A DNA stretch of 64,000 bases from Schizochytrium sp. TIO01 (Eukaryota > Protista > Bigyra: Labyrinthulomycetes). Positions 1 to 13,690 of this stretch are shown here, piece by piece. A program made the translations under genes and the position numbers. The stretch lies in the NCBI GenBank assembly GCA_004764695.1, contig SMSO01000032.1, forward strand, positions 930,001 to 994,000, in the 5' to 3' direction. Below the pieces are notes generated by a model, which worked only from the letters and a program-made list of their open reading frames with translations, made no database searches and was not told the DNA's origin. Every line of letters starts with the position of its first letter. Position 1 is the first letter of the stretch.

Positions 1-239
1 ACAAAAACAAAAAAATCAGAGAAAAGCTTTTCAGGTGCTGCTAACCATCGGAATTAAAAGTTCATCGCATTCGCTCCAGGACCTCATTCTGAACGTGAAA
101 CTTGCTTCTTTGGTTTTGTTAACTTCGAAGAAATCTAACAACATCTGTTTTTCATGGACCAGGGTCACCCACAGAAATAGTGACCAATGAGAAAAGCCTT
201 TTCTGGGCAATCTCGTGTTAATCTCCTTTTTTTATCTTT

Positions 240-241
<2 letters not shown>

Positions 242-278
<37 letters not shown>
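242..278. repeat. (CT)n microsatellite
   Basis: Uninterrupted CT dinucleotide run read directly. Confidence 0.9.
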
Positions 279-283
<5 letters not shown>

Positions 284-2259
284 CTACCTTAGGTACCTAC
301 TGTTTGAACAAGGGAACCAGGGAGGTGAAAAGAAAAAAGGGGTAAGAATTCTGCTTTTTCATTCATGCGGGGTTCTTCTCGCGACTTTAACTGGGCACCT
401 GTATCTCTCTATCGCCAATCGCAAAGAAGAAGAGTTCACTTTCTAGGTATAGATAGGTACAGCCGTGCATACGGGATATCGGACGCGGAGATCCTCCGTC
501 GCTTCGAAACTTTGAGGGCCCCCGCTCGCATTTCAGCCCATAACAGTGACCTAGTCACATAATCGTCGAATCGCAGCAGCACGTCGCTGCTTTTATAGAT
601 TCACTCACCCATTCATTCATTCATTCACTACCTCTGACTACTGAGAGTGGGAGCGTATTACTCAGTAGTGAGACGTATACATATATGTGTATATTATCAT
701 GGCGAGGACAGCGGCGTTTTGTCCGGGGAAGCCCTCGCAACTTCTCGTGAAGCGAGGCGAAGCGAATTGGAGGTGAGCTCTGCTCTGCACCAGTTTGGGT
801 CTCTTGCGCTTGCAGGCTCCAGAGTGCTTGAAGAACCCTGTGCCCTGGCGGCATGCGTCGCTTGCTCGCTAATGATTTACAAACGCCACGGCTGGCGGCT
901 GAAGCAGACAGATGAGTTCGCACGCATGTTAGCTTGAAGCTGTAGTTTTTTTGATAAAAAGAAATACAGGAATCCTGACCTTTAGAACTTGCTTGTGAGA
1001 TTATCGGAGGCGACAACTCTCATAGAACAAGGCAGCCGAGCCTAAGCTATCTCGGCGAAAGAAATTGGCCAGATTAAATATACAAATAACAATCAGGGGG
1101 AAGCCACAAGGCTGACGGCAACAACGCCTCCAAGAATGCTATCTCTTGCCTTCTTCTTCAGCTTGTTCGACTTTTTTGTTTTAGTTTTTAATTTATTTTT
1201 TTTTTAAACAAATATGTAAATGCTTTTTGGCTTTTTATTCAGACCTCGGAAAAACTTCTGATTCTATTTGTTTTTCTGTCTGGTAACTTTATTTTGCTTT
1301 TATAGCCTTTAAAACAAATATATATTTTAAAAGAAAACGTTTTAAAGAAAATATTCTCTAAGGGATGATCATTTCTTCTGTTTTGTTTTGTTTTGTTTTT
1401 GTGAATGTGGAAGCCCTCTTTTTTTTTTTTATAGTTTAAAATTATACCTTCCTACATGTAAAACGAACGTGTGCGCAAGCACTATCTCTTTCTTCAGCTT
1501 TTCCCTTCTTGGAAAACGTGCTACCTTTCAGAATATAATTTTTTGCTCTTTTCTCTTTCACCTTCCGAGCATCTTCCCCCTCCTCAAACAACCTTTTTAA
1601 ACTCAACTCGTTTTAATAATTTTTACTTTACAGATAGATTAATTCGTACCAGTTCAAGTTCAAAAGTAAATCTACATGATTACTTCGAATGATCTCCGCA
1701 TTCATTCACTTTCAACTTTCATTCATTCGTCCAAAGAATTGGACCAATCAAGTCGAGCGAGCAAATCTCTAAGTGTAGTGTCACGAGAATGCATCGACCT
1801 CTTAGTCTTTTGTTTGGAATTGCGGGTAACCCGTGCACAAGAAATATATATATATATAAATAAATAAAAAGCCCTTCAGACAGATAGAGAGAACGGCGAA
1901 CAGGAGCATTCCTTCTTTTCTTTCAATAGTATGAGGTGCGTGCTTCTCCAGGGTCGCAAACACAAAGACTTCACAAGGACATGCCTATGTACCTCGTTGC
2001 TCACCTCTATGCCTATTTTTTGTTCCTCGGACCTCCAGCTTTTCCCCGAGCAAGCTCAGAGGCGCTCGCATCGTTTTCTTCTGCGTTACGATCTGTAAAG
2101 ACACAGGCCTGCCTGCGTTTCTGCTGCTGCGTAGCTGCGTAGCTGCTTCCTCGCTTACTTTCTTACTTTCTGCTCTGCTCTCTTCTGCTCTCTAGCTACA
2201 ATTGAGTTCGTTCCTTTCTTCTTTCTTTTTTCTCCAGCCTCGATCGACTGTTCAATTCT

Positions 2260-2309
2260 TTCATTCATTCATTCATTCATTCATTCATTCATTCTTCATT
2301 CATTCATTC
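2260..2309. repeat. (TTCA)n microsatellite
   Basis: Tandem TTCA units; explains the spurious HSFI ORFs. Confidence 0.9.
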
Positions 2310-4098
2310 ACAAGTGGAGCGATTCCCCGAAGCCCTGTTGTTCCTTTTCCATCTGCTGAGCCTCGAGAACGGTACCTTCCTATTCACCAAAGCAGACTGA
2401 GTGAGGCGAGAGAATTTCCATCCAAAAATGAAAGAAAGAAGGAAGGAAGGAAGGAAGCTGCGTTTAAACTTTCTGCTTCTTTTAGCTTTTAGGCCAGCCA
2501 GCTACAACTCGCGAGGCTTCTTCATCTTCTTCAATTCAAGTTAGTTCGACTTCGTAGTTCTTTGCTCCATTTGCGAACTAAACTCCGTCCACGTCTGAAA
2601 TATGAGTGCAGGGGACCACGTATTTGCAGCTCCTGAACAAAAGTCGCCTCCTGAGTGCTTTCGTTTGACCAACCAACTGTCTCGCCTTCGAACGGCTGCG
2701 ATGGACAAGCGATCGATATCTTCACGAAATAACACGGCGCTCTCCAGGCCTTGGAATTGATTGCCTCGCTTCGTGACAGCAACGCGCTCATCAATTTGCC
2801 ATCCGACCATGAACGAGCACGTAGTATTATTTATTTATTCATTCAATCATTTTTATTTATTAGTTTTTTTGCTTTGGCTCTCTATCTATGATCTGAGGTC
2901 TTTTGATCGTCAGGAATGTGCTTCTTATCGACTGAACTCCTCCTTCCCTCCCCTGTTAGTCGTGCAAGCCGCCGTTATCGCGAGGAGAGAGCGGATGAGC
3001 GAATGAGTGCGTCGGTGCCCCAAACCTGACTTCGCGGAGCCCCTTCGAAGTTCACAGGAGCGCAACACCTATGCTCTCTTCTTTCGCTGCTCCTCCCGTT
3101 CTTGGGTGCTCATGCGTCGTGAAATGAATGGACTTGAAGTTGAAAACGGAGCTCCCTCGTGCCAGCGTTCAAGATCGCCGTGCCGAGCGTGCTTTCATAG
3201 CACTCAAGTTGGTCCTTGGCACGAGGCTCTGAGGCAGACGGCAGAAGAAAAAGAAGAACAATAACAATAACAATATCTTCTTCTTCTTCTTCTTCTTCTT
3301 CTTCTTGTTTTTTGTTGCTGCTCAAGAAGAAGAGCTCCCGAACAAATGGACGAGGAAAGGAGGAGGCCCAGATCCTTCACGAACGCTCTTGTGCGCTTAA
3401 TCCGAAACTTGGGACCGCGTTTAGCTCATAGCACTTACCTCCTATTTCCAGCCAGGCGTATCCTCTTTCTTGCAAGAAGTAGGTACCTACCTACCTACCT
3501 ACGCACGTATTGTTCATAAATTAGTTTCTTCGATTGTTTTGTTTGCTTTCTTGTGTTCTTCTTCTTTTTAACTTTAATATTTTAAAAAACCAAAATTAAA
3601 AAATTAAAATAGAAAGTTCAAAGACGAAGTAAACAAATAAATTGAGAAATAGAGAAATAAGCAACAGCAGAGAAAGGCCAAGCGTATAGTATGTTATAAC
3701 TGCCTTTCAGGTACTTCTTTACGTTTTTCTGTTGTTTCTAAAGGGCAGGTTGACAGCCCCAAAAGATTTTTCTTAGTCACCAGCTTTTTCTTTCTCTTCT
3801 TTTCTCTTCTTTTTAATACGAAATTAAAGTCGAGATGCGCTTGTTTACTTTTATCATTTATTTATTTTTTAACCAAATACTACCAGTAGATCAAACCAAC
3901 CACAACAACATCCATCACAAAACCAACAACAAGAAGGCAAGACTATGGCTCGATCGTTTTATTTTCTTTGTTGGAGCAGCTGATGATTCCTTGGGAGGCC
4001 TGCGAGCCACCGCTCATATGCAGAGTGCTTGCCAGCCGCCAATTGTTGGAGGCGAAGCAACAGCTGCAGAAATTTATTCAAAAACTTGGGAATCGAGG

Positions 4099-4145
4099 CA
4101 GTCAGTCAGTCAGTCAGTCAGTCAGTCTGTCAGTCTGTCAGTCAG
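4099..4145. repeat. (CAGT)n microsatellite
   Basis: Tandem CAGT/CTGT units. Confidence 0.9.
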
Positions 4146-4545
4146 AGAGTGGAGCTCCAGAGATCACGCCAACCCCGCGCTGCAGCGAACAGCGAGCGAG
4201 CAGTTTCAAGAGTTCCAAGACGGCCATCATGCTTAGCTCAAGAGACAGATCAGTCAGACGGATATAGATCAATCGACCATTCGATCGTGCAGCCAGCCAT
4301 CCTTGAGCCAAGGCCTTTGAGGCGTAGGTGTCCGAGCGAGTGTCTCTTGGGTTCTTCGCTTAAAACGCCGTTCAGGTGCTCTATCTAGCCAGAGATTGCC
4401 TGCCTCTCGACGGCCTCGAAAATCTGACAGGAACGGATTGATTGGTCGAATCCTCGTACACTCCTCAAATCCGCTCGGCCGAAGCTTAATGTGCTTTGGT
4501 TGCTTCGCTCCTGCGTAGGCGCAGGGAAACGCTGCGTCGCATCGA

Positions 4546-4790
4546 TGAAATGAATGAATGAATGAATGAATGAATGAATGAATGTGCTGCGGTGTCCACG
4601 GGGACCATCGTGTCGGACCCAAGCAATCATGGAGGCGTCCATTTATTTATTCATCTATCTATCTATTTACTTATCTTTTACTTATCTATCAATCTATCTA
4701 TTTATCTATCTATCTATTTATTTACTTATTTATGTATTTATTTACTTATTTATTTACTTATTTATCTATCTATTTATTTATCTATTTGTT
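4546..4790. repeat. (GAAT)n followed by compound (TATT/TATC/TACT)n microsatellite
   Basis: GAAT run at ~4546-4583, then degenerate tetranucleotide run at ~4641-4790. Confidence 0.85.
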
Positions 4791-5645
4791 ACTTTATTTT
4801 GATCAAATAAGCTCGTTTCTTGCTCGTTCTTGTCTTCGAACGAGCGAGCTCGCGCAAGACATCGGCACTGATGCAGCTCGCGAGGAGTCCTGGCCCTCTT
4901 TGGCCGCAACGCACCAGCTACGCAATGGCTACTCGAGCGCTCGCTTCAACCTCCACCAACTGACGAAGCGATGCCCGTGCGTGAGTGATTAAAGCTGCTG
5001 CGTGGAAGAATGAACGATTGAATCGTCCACGGAGTTCCAAAGACGGGCCTTGGCGCTTCTGCTTCGAGGCCGCGTTGGTCGAGCAGGCCGCTCGGCTGCA
5101 AGGGACAGAGGCCTTGTCAATTCAAGTTTTCACTGGGTGGGCCTTTCGTTATTCTATTGCAAACTTGAGTTTGATTTCTTCATTTTTACAGTGCGTGCGT
5201 GTGTGTGTGTGAATTGTTTTATTTGATGAAACAACGAAACGAAAACATCGTCGTTGAGAAACATACAAACAAACAAACAAACAAACAAACAAATAATCAA
5301 ACAGAAAAACAGAAAAACGCGATGGGTTCCCTGTTGCGACACGTTCGAGCTTCGCCAAAGAGCAAACTACCGCTGCCATTGTGCTGCTTCTCCTCCTCCT
5401 CCTCCTCCTCCTCCTCTCGCGGGTGCCCAGCAGCTACGCGTGTACGTGCAAGTGCGAGCGCCTGGGCTTTATTAGTGGAGTCGGCAACAATCTGCGACCT
5501 GCAAGTTGCAGCAGGAACCGAAAGAAATGGCCCACAAGCGACCCAAACACGGACAAGCAAGCAAGCAGCAAGCAAGCAGCAAGCAGGCGACCCCAAAGAT
5601 TTGCGTTATGTCGAGCTAGCAACCTGCGCCGCTGCTCCTGCGAGG

Positions 5646-5646
<1 letters not shown>

Positions 5647-5697
<51 letters not shown>
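5647..5697. repeat. (CTG)n trinucleotide repeat
   Basis: About 17 CTG units; source of the poly-A/C/Q ORFs in the track. Confidence 0.9.
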
Positions 5698-5698
<1 letters not shown>

Positions 5699-8600
5699 GC
5701 TATGCTGTGGATGCTCACTTGGTCGTTTGGTGTGCCTTTTGGTGAGCTGCAGGTATTGGGAACCAACCCGAAAGGTAGCAGTGGCCTGCCGTCGGTCGTG
5801 GTAGATCGCACATACTGACTGAGCTGAGGCCTGAATTTGACCTTTCTTTCGTGGCCTTTTCTCTCTTCTCTTTCTTTTCTCTTCTTTTCTCTCTTTCTTC
5901 ACTCTAACTAACTAACTGACTAACTAACTAGCTAGCTAACGAGCTAACCGCTCGCCACCTCCTATGCGCCTCTCTGTACGTACATCCTGCGCCATATGTG
6001 CGATTATCTTTTTAAAAACTGTCTGAAGGCGCAAGGAAGTGCGCAGAACGAAAGGAGGTAGTACATAGTAGGTAGGAGCACTCAACGACACGCCAGAGAG
6101 AGAGAGACCTATAGCTGCGGAGTCTTGAAGCAAGGACTGACTCAGCTCGCTCGCTCGCTCGGACTGCGAACAATAGAGAGCCCGAGCGAGCGAGCGAGCT
6201 GGAGAGGCGGCTCGACCTGTGCAAGGAAAGATAAACAAATCACGCGCGGCTCCTCTTTCTGCGGGTGACCGTGCGCTCTCTCGATCTTCACTGGTATGGA
6301 TGGAGGAGACTTGGAAAAGGTCGCGGAGTACCACAGCCTTTTATTTCTTTCTCTTCTCTTCTTTCCTTTCCTTTTCTTTTCTTTCTCGAGAGGCTAGAGC
6401 TGGTACGTATAACAGGGAATCTTGCTAGCAAGGAAGGCGCCGACCGCAGCGACGAAATGCTTTGCACGCTTGCATGTGAATCAATCATACGCTTGAACGC
6501 GTGATCGCTTGGACTCGGAAGGCGAAGTTGGCGAGAAGAGCGGAGACTCCGTCGGCGGGACAGGGCAGTTCAGTCGCGACTAAGTGAGATAGATAACATG
6601 AAGTTGGCCCACCCTCAAGCTGGCCTAGAAGCAAGCAAGCGAAACGCGAGAAGTCCAATTCAGTTAGCCAAGGAATTGCAAGACGGATGCAAAGGACCGG
6701 AGCAAGATCTTGGATGAACTACTTCACCGACTGACTCACTTTCGAAATCGAAGATAAATGAAAACAAAATTTGCAGCAGAAAGAGTGGCTGCGAATGCAG
6801 TGGACTTCTGAGGGGAACAAACGAATGTGGGGACAGCAGCAGCAGCAGCAGCAGCAGCAGCACCTGCCTGCTAAGCCAGGGTATAAAGACTGATCGAAAT
6901 GGGGAAAATGAAAATTGGCAGAGCCGCGACTGCTCAGCTTCGAAAGCGACATCTTCGTAAATGCTCCTGATCGTTTATTGCGAAAGCTATGAGGAACAAA
7001 GACTATTATTCCTTGACAGCAGCAGGAATGAATTGACAAAAGTAAATAGATCCTTCCAAACAGTAAATGAACTCAACTCCCGAAAAAAATCGAAAACCTA
7101 AATAGATCGCCTTCCGCATCGAAAAGGACAAAATTGTCGTGACTTCAAAAGGTGGTTTAGTTTCGTCAGGTCACCTCCCAAAAAGGCATCAGCTAAGCCA
7201 GCCGAAATGAAAATACTTGGCAGCGATTTTGCATATAGTCATCGTGACTCATGATAAACTCACTTATATCTAACATTCCACGAAAGGAAGTTTGCGTAGC
7301 AACATAACAAAACAAACGAAACGAACGAAACAAACAAATAATGAAACAAACAAGTGTAGCTAGCTAGAGCTACTTGGTTGCCTACCTGCCTCCTTATCTG
7401 ATAGAGCCTTATGCAGCCCATTTACTAATTTGAAATCTTTTATTTTATCAAATAAATAAATTTACACGAGTACCTAAATAACCAACTAGGTACTTAAAGC
7501 ATGTCGACCCATCTCCCGCAAAGACGAAGCTAGCCAAATGCCAAGCTCTGCTCTTGATTTGCCAAGCAGAATGCAAAGGCAGAAACAAGCATGCCTCAGC
7601 GGCACGCTTACCGATAAAGCGCCCGGCCTGATACCACAACTACGAATAAACGATTGATTGGGTGGCGCGTAGTGAAAGTACCGACTAAGCGAGTGCGTGC
7701 GACTCCTTGACTGAAAAGCAGGTGCTGTTTCCCAACAAATGTGGTCATCGCTACCACCAGGACAAGCCCCTCGAATTAGTCAGTCTCTTCGATTTTACTG
7801 ACACGAAGGCTCCAAGGTTACAAATTAGCTTTTAAATCCGCCTCTAGAGTCGGTAGACCAGCCTTCTTTGTCTTCCATCTTCATTCGCTATCCTCCCTTT
7901 CTCTAGCTAGTAGAGGTACTACACAATGTAGCTAAGCTAGCTAGCTAGCTGCATGGCTTCTTCATCTCCGAGGTGTTTGTATTTCAAGATTAACTTGAAG
8001 AAGACTGCGATGATACAACGGAGTCGTCTCTGGGGTCATTTGGTGAAGGTGGCTGGGTATATACTCCAAGGCATGGAGGGAAAACAAAGAAAGAAATGTC
8101 CTTCTGTAGGCAATGCGTGCGGGAAAGTCTTTCTTGAGAAATCTTATCATCATTTCTATTTTGTTAAATTCAACTTTAGAAGTCCAGGCCTCGAGAAAGA
8201 AGATCTGCTTATTGTGGAAACCCCCTCACTGATTATATTCATCCTGTTCCCATCCTAAATAAATACGCGCCGCAGTTTGCAAATAAAAGTAAAAAGACCA
8301 ATACGAAGACGAAGAACCTTTTAAATGTTTTATTATTAGTTGTGGTAGTAGTATTATTGTGGCAACATTAAAACTTTTATTTAAAAAAAACAAAATACAA
8401 CAAAACCTCTCCTTATTTATGTAAAAAAAAATTGCCACAAATGAGCAAAACGAACTTCCAAAAGGCCAGATAGCCTTATTCATCATGATTTAAAAAAAAT
8501 AAAAAATTAATCTCAATGTACCTCTTTCGTTTTTATCTTTCGGGAAAACATAACTATTCCTCCACTAGAAATTTTCCAACAATGTTTTTAATTAAAATAA

Positions 8601-11600
8601 CATTTTGTAGACTTAAAGAACAGAAAGAAAATAATTCCTTCAATCGGCCATAATTTGGAAAAGAAAATGTCCAAACTTCCGACAAACACGCTCCTATGCT
8701 TTATCCTGATAGTATGTAGGTAACTAGAGGCTGACTTAGACTCGAACAAATTCTTTCCTGGTATGATATGTTCATTACATTATTGTATCTCAACTTTACG
8801 AATACTCTACTTCCTGAAACTATTCATATCTATTTTTCAATCAAAGTCATGTTGCTTTTTGATTAATTTTTTATAAGCACGGGAGGATATATTCACCAGT
8901 AATTCGCAACATCTCCAGTAAAAGAAAGAACTTGTAGCTAGCTGTACCTACTACGTATAGCAAGAAGGTACTTTATTATCCGTCCATTGTCTACCTCCTG
9001 CCAGTGTTACTCGAAAGAACTATGCAAAGACAATTATCTGCAAGCCAACGCAGGATTTCGAAGTCATGTTTTTGCAGGTCTCAGGAAACACAGGAACTCT
9101 TCAGGAATCCTGTCGAAACGTCACCTGATTGTTGCGAGACTATCGGTTTAAAAAAAAGTTATTATTTTATCTGCTTCTCTTTCACCGCCGCAATTTGCTA
9201 ATTCTGGAAAGGAACCACCACCTACCAATTCTTGCATTTGAAATATTGGCACCCTGCTTCTCTTGAACTCAATACAGCATCGTGAATTTCCTATCATTAC
9301 TGTCTTATCTTTTTTTAGTTTATGAAGAACTCGTAAATCCAACACTGATCATCAAACTGCACATCGCAAGATAGAATTTTAATTTTAAACATCTATCGAT
9401 TATATCTAAGGATTTGTATATCACCTTTTATTAATCAACAAATAAAAGGAGTGGACTGAGCAATGAAGACCAATGTGTAGGCACATAGAGCCTCAGGGGC
9501 TATTTTAAATTCTAAAGAACTTTGAAACCTTATTGCTATGTTTCAATATGACTTTTCTGTTCCACATTTATTACTGCAAATGTCTTGCATCAAAAAGTTG
9601 CATCGAAACTTTTGCCATTTCATAACTACACAACGCATTTCTCATTATCCCCATGTTAGGTTCGTCGCATAGTATTAATTCCATACTTTGGAATTCCAAT
9701 GAACAGACAATTAGAATTACTAAAGAAACGATTCGAGAGGGACTCTAAAACAGGTTGCCGTTATGTGAGTTGGGAAATGAAGTCATAGACTCTAAAGAAC
9801 GTTTTCCAGGTGAAGCAGTGAGAACTGCCGAAGAACAATACATAATACATACAAGAACCATTCATGTCAAGTACCACATTGCAGCATGGCAACGGGTATA
9901 CGTGTCATCTGTCACTGGAAGCTTGACGTACTTGGCTACATCGCAGGGGACGCAGGTGCTGATCATTAATGCCCTACCATTGGCACAAGAAGCAGCTCAA
10001 GTGTATCAAAGAATTTAAATCAGCAATTTGATTGCTTTATGCTCTTCGCTTTTATAAGATCGTGAATTCAAGAGTCTGCATCATCTACAATCTCCAAAGG
10101 AAACCAAAGCGATCAGAATCAATCAGCTCCAGGGTCACAGCGATCGAGCTGCGATATTTCTAAAACTAGACACACATGTGCGTAAATCGATAGATAGGTT
10201 TATAAAAGCTGACCGGCATGATCCCGGCACGACCTCAATTTTCAGCCTTTTCGAGCTCTTTTTGAGCTTAGCAAATGTAATCATACACGGAGAGGACATT
10301 TACAACGTTTGGTGTTCCTTTCTTTTCTTCCCCGGCTATCATGCAAAACGTCATGCAAAACGGAAATCAGCTGATATTTAGAGAACATTCATTAAATATA
10401 GCTCGTGGCCTGTGAGGCCGTACTTTCGGATGAAACCTAAAGAGGCTAAAGATGCACATAGTCAATGATCAGTCTAGCCTTCTTCAATGTCCAGAGAACC
10501 CTCATAATAGCAAGCAAAAACGCATATTACAATGCAACTTTCCCTTTACGCATAATCACTAGTTAACACTTGAAAAGCTTCTGATCCACTAATGTCAACA
10601 TGATCTAGGAAACGTCTGAAGAGTGTGTGTTGGTGGGGGGGGAGAGGTGTGTGTATCTAAAAATATATAAATTCTGTATTCCATCGAGGATTAGAGTCGA
10701 TCAAGCAACTCTGTTCCTCCTCCTGCCCATGTGTTAACCTGAGAATTACACAAATCGATTCAAGGAGGCGACTCACCCAAACATCACTTTAGATTCAATA
10801 CGCATTTGTCCGTCCACCCTCACCCACTGGCGGTAATAGTCGACGGAAATGAAAATAAAATAAGGCAAAGAAAAAAGAATAGCTGTTTGCTTGCTTGCTT
10901 TCTTGCTTTGCTTGCTTGTTTGTTTAGTTCAAGTTCAAGTTCAACTTGGTTGGTTCTGTAGGCTACGCACCTATCTTTTAGATTGTAAACTTTTAGTAAA
11001 ACTAAAAGTAATGGTGCCTAGACAATAGATCGGCTAATGTCGCCATTGGAGCCATAGGTTCGGCCGTCCGCGGGTCTGATGCTCTCATATCCATTCAGTG
11101 CTTGGCTTGGAAATGAATATACTCATCAATCACGATACTCGCGTTGCTCGATTCTTCTACCTTCTGGCAAGAACGGGCATCGGTGCCTTTGATTTGAAGT
11201 CGCAAATTAATCCTCGCAGATATGATGCGCGAATAAGCTGGCCCAGTAGGCTCGACCTTAGCTCGCAGCCCAACTGCATCTCTCCCTCACTCATCGCACT
11301 GGAACTTCCTTGAAAGTCTTCCGCATCCGAGCTGCTCTGACAGGTGACTAAACTATGTTGATTAAACCATTAATCAATCAACACCAATGAGTGTTTTATA
11401 ATTAATTGATCAATCAGTCTAACTAACTAACAAATAAACAAGTCAATCTTAGGACACACATACCCTACCGACTGTTATTACCACCACTCAGCCGCAAAAG
11501 AGTTTGTTTATTTACTCTTCAAATAACTTATATCTTGAAAAGGTGGTATCTGGCGAGATTGTGTGGGGACGGCGAGAGTCAGTTCTAGTTGGATCCGGCG

Positions 11601-12714
11601 GACGCAAGCCACCACGAATAGCGCAATAGCTAGCTAGCTGGATACTGAAGTAGCAATCGCAACTCAAAGATCTTGAAGAGGGCTACCAATAAAATGAGGC
11701 TCCACATACTGGTTTGCAGAGACGCTTTCTCCCCTTCTTTCTCTCTTTCTCTCTCTGTGGAGCCTCAACAAAGAAATTGAACCATCCTACCTACCAGCTT
11801 CAAGATTGGCCTGTGACTATTGGCTTTTCTTTGCATTTTTATGCGCACGTATCTCGAACTCACCCTGGGCTGTGGTCAGACAGAAGCGACGAAGTGGTCG
11901 CGACCACAAAGGCCCTGATTTATTAGAAGTGAAGTGTTCTCCTTTTGACATTTTGCGATCCAGCTGGACATTCCTTCCCAACGAAGCTTACTCAAGACAT
12001 TAAGACCATCTACACCTAGATACTACCACTCCGAGTTCTCATTCCTGGTTTGTAAAAAGCGCCAAGCGCTAATCTATCAATATGCGTTACTCTAAGTATC
12101 GCCTCGTTCGGGAAAAGAAGAATTGTAAAAACGTCTGAGATCTTCGAAAACGTAGCGCACGCCTCTTCCCTTCAAAGATTCCAGTTATGAGTACTGACTT
12201 TTATGATCGATTAAACAAGCGCAGCAAAGGCAATGTGATACTTGTCATGGTCTGGCATAAGTCACAGAACATGTCCCCAACTTAAATTTAAAGGTTTTGA
12301 TAAAGGGTATAGATGTGATAGAAAAATAAAATAAGGAAACACCCCAAAGTGGTGCTTTCTCGAAACTGGCGACAGGCCGAAGTAGGCTAACTTCAATGTA
12401 AATCAATGGTATAGAGGAGAGGAAAACAATACACTGCAAATAAAGGATGCAATGCTACTCTAAATTTGACATTTTGTTCACAAGTAAGGAGAACCTGAGT
12501 GATGTTTGCCATGCAACTTTGGGAAAAATCGAAACGTAACAAAACCGACCTAAACGCAAACACGGATGTTAAAAGAACTTCGACGAATAGAAAAGACGCC
12601 TGACCGTTCAGCCATTTGCAAAAACACCATTTTTTATTGAGACGAACTTACACCATGAAAAAACAGTGGATCATGGATCATAATGACCAATCATCTGCCA
12701 TGAAGCTTTTGCAT

Positions 12715-12962
12715 TTATATGTGATAAAGTCTTTTCTGAAGAAGGTAATTGATCATTTAGAAATTGCCATCCAATCATTCTGAAGGTGAAAGTTCATCTA
12801 CAGGCTCTTATTTCAAAGATACGATGCGTGCGATTTTCTGTCTTTTCTATTATATGTGATGAGCTCTTTTTAAAGAAGACTATTGATCATTTAGAAATAT
12901 TCATTCGGGTGGAAGTGCATACGCAGACTCTAATCTATAAGATACAAACGTGCGAATCTCAT
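12715..12962. repeat. Degenerate tandem duplication, ~135 bp unit, 2 copies
   Basis: TTATATGTGAT...AAGAAG...ATTGATCATTTAGAAAT...AAGATAC...CGTGCGA occurs at ~12715 and again at ~12850. Confidence 0.8.
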
Positions 12963-13063
12963 TCTCTTCTTTTTTTACGTTTCTACATTTATATTAGCCA
13001 TCTATATCCGAGTATGGTATTTGAAGATATCAAACTTTTCTCTGAGTAAACTTTAGTGAATTC

Positions 13064-13650
13064 ATCTATAAAGATATCACTTTAAGCCTCAATGCGGACT
13101 GCTTCTACTACAATACATTGCATCTATCTGGATGATTGTGTATGGCTTTAAACCGGCCTAGCTCCTTTTTCAAAACCGTTCGATAGAATCAAACCTCCTT
13201 GTACGAGAAATCATCATGTGTTTTTTAGTTACAATTTAAGATTCCCATCTATGTTCAAACTGCATTTAGCTATGGTGTCGGATAATGCAGAATTCTCTTG
13301 GAGTAAATTTCCGTGAAATCATTTACAAAGACGTTATCTTTAGCCCCAATGCGGACTGCTCCTGCTACAATACAATACCTATCTCCGGATATTGGATGTG
13401 ACCTAAAGCCAGTGCCACTCCTTTTCAAAAACGCTCCACGAATTTATACCCTAAATCAGTCATGAACTCTTCTCAAACAAGATTACTCACATTTTGTTAT
13501 TGTTTGTCAGAGAACAACCATTCGTTGATAATGATAATGAGGATGTCTTACGACTTAATCTTTCAACCAAGTCCAGGCAGTAACAGCACCTACAAAGCTA
13601 TTCTTCCTTTAGTCCCAATGCGGAATACGGGTGCCAGAACATACATTTCT
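13064..13650. repeat. Degenerate tandem repeat, ~260 bp period, 3 copies
   Basis: Core CAATGCGGA at ~13090, ~13347 and ~13617, each preceded by TA(T/C)AAAG; copies 1 and 2 also share CTACAATACA and CTCCTTTT(T)CAAAA. Confidence 0.75.
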
Positions 13651-13690
13651 GAATAATTCAATGTGCCTTAGAACTGGTGTCGCTGTAATT

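Noticed and set aside
5199-5902. Poly-Ala/Cys/Gln ORFs up to 201 aa
   Set aside because: Held open by CTG, CTC and AAAC repeats in several frames; no domain recognised.
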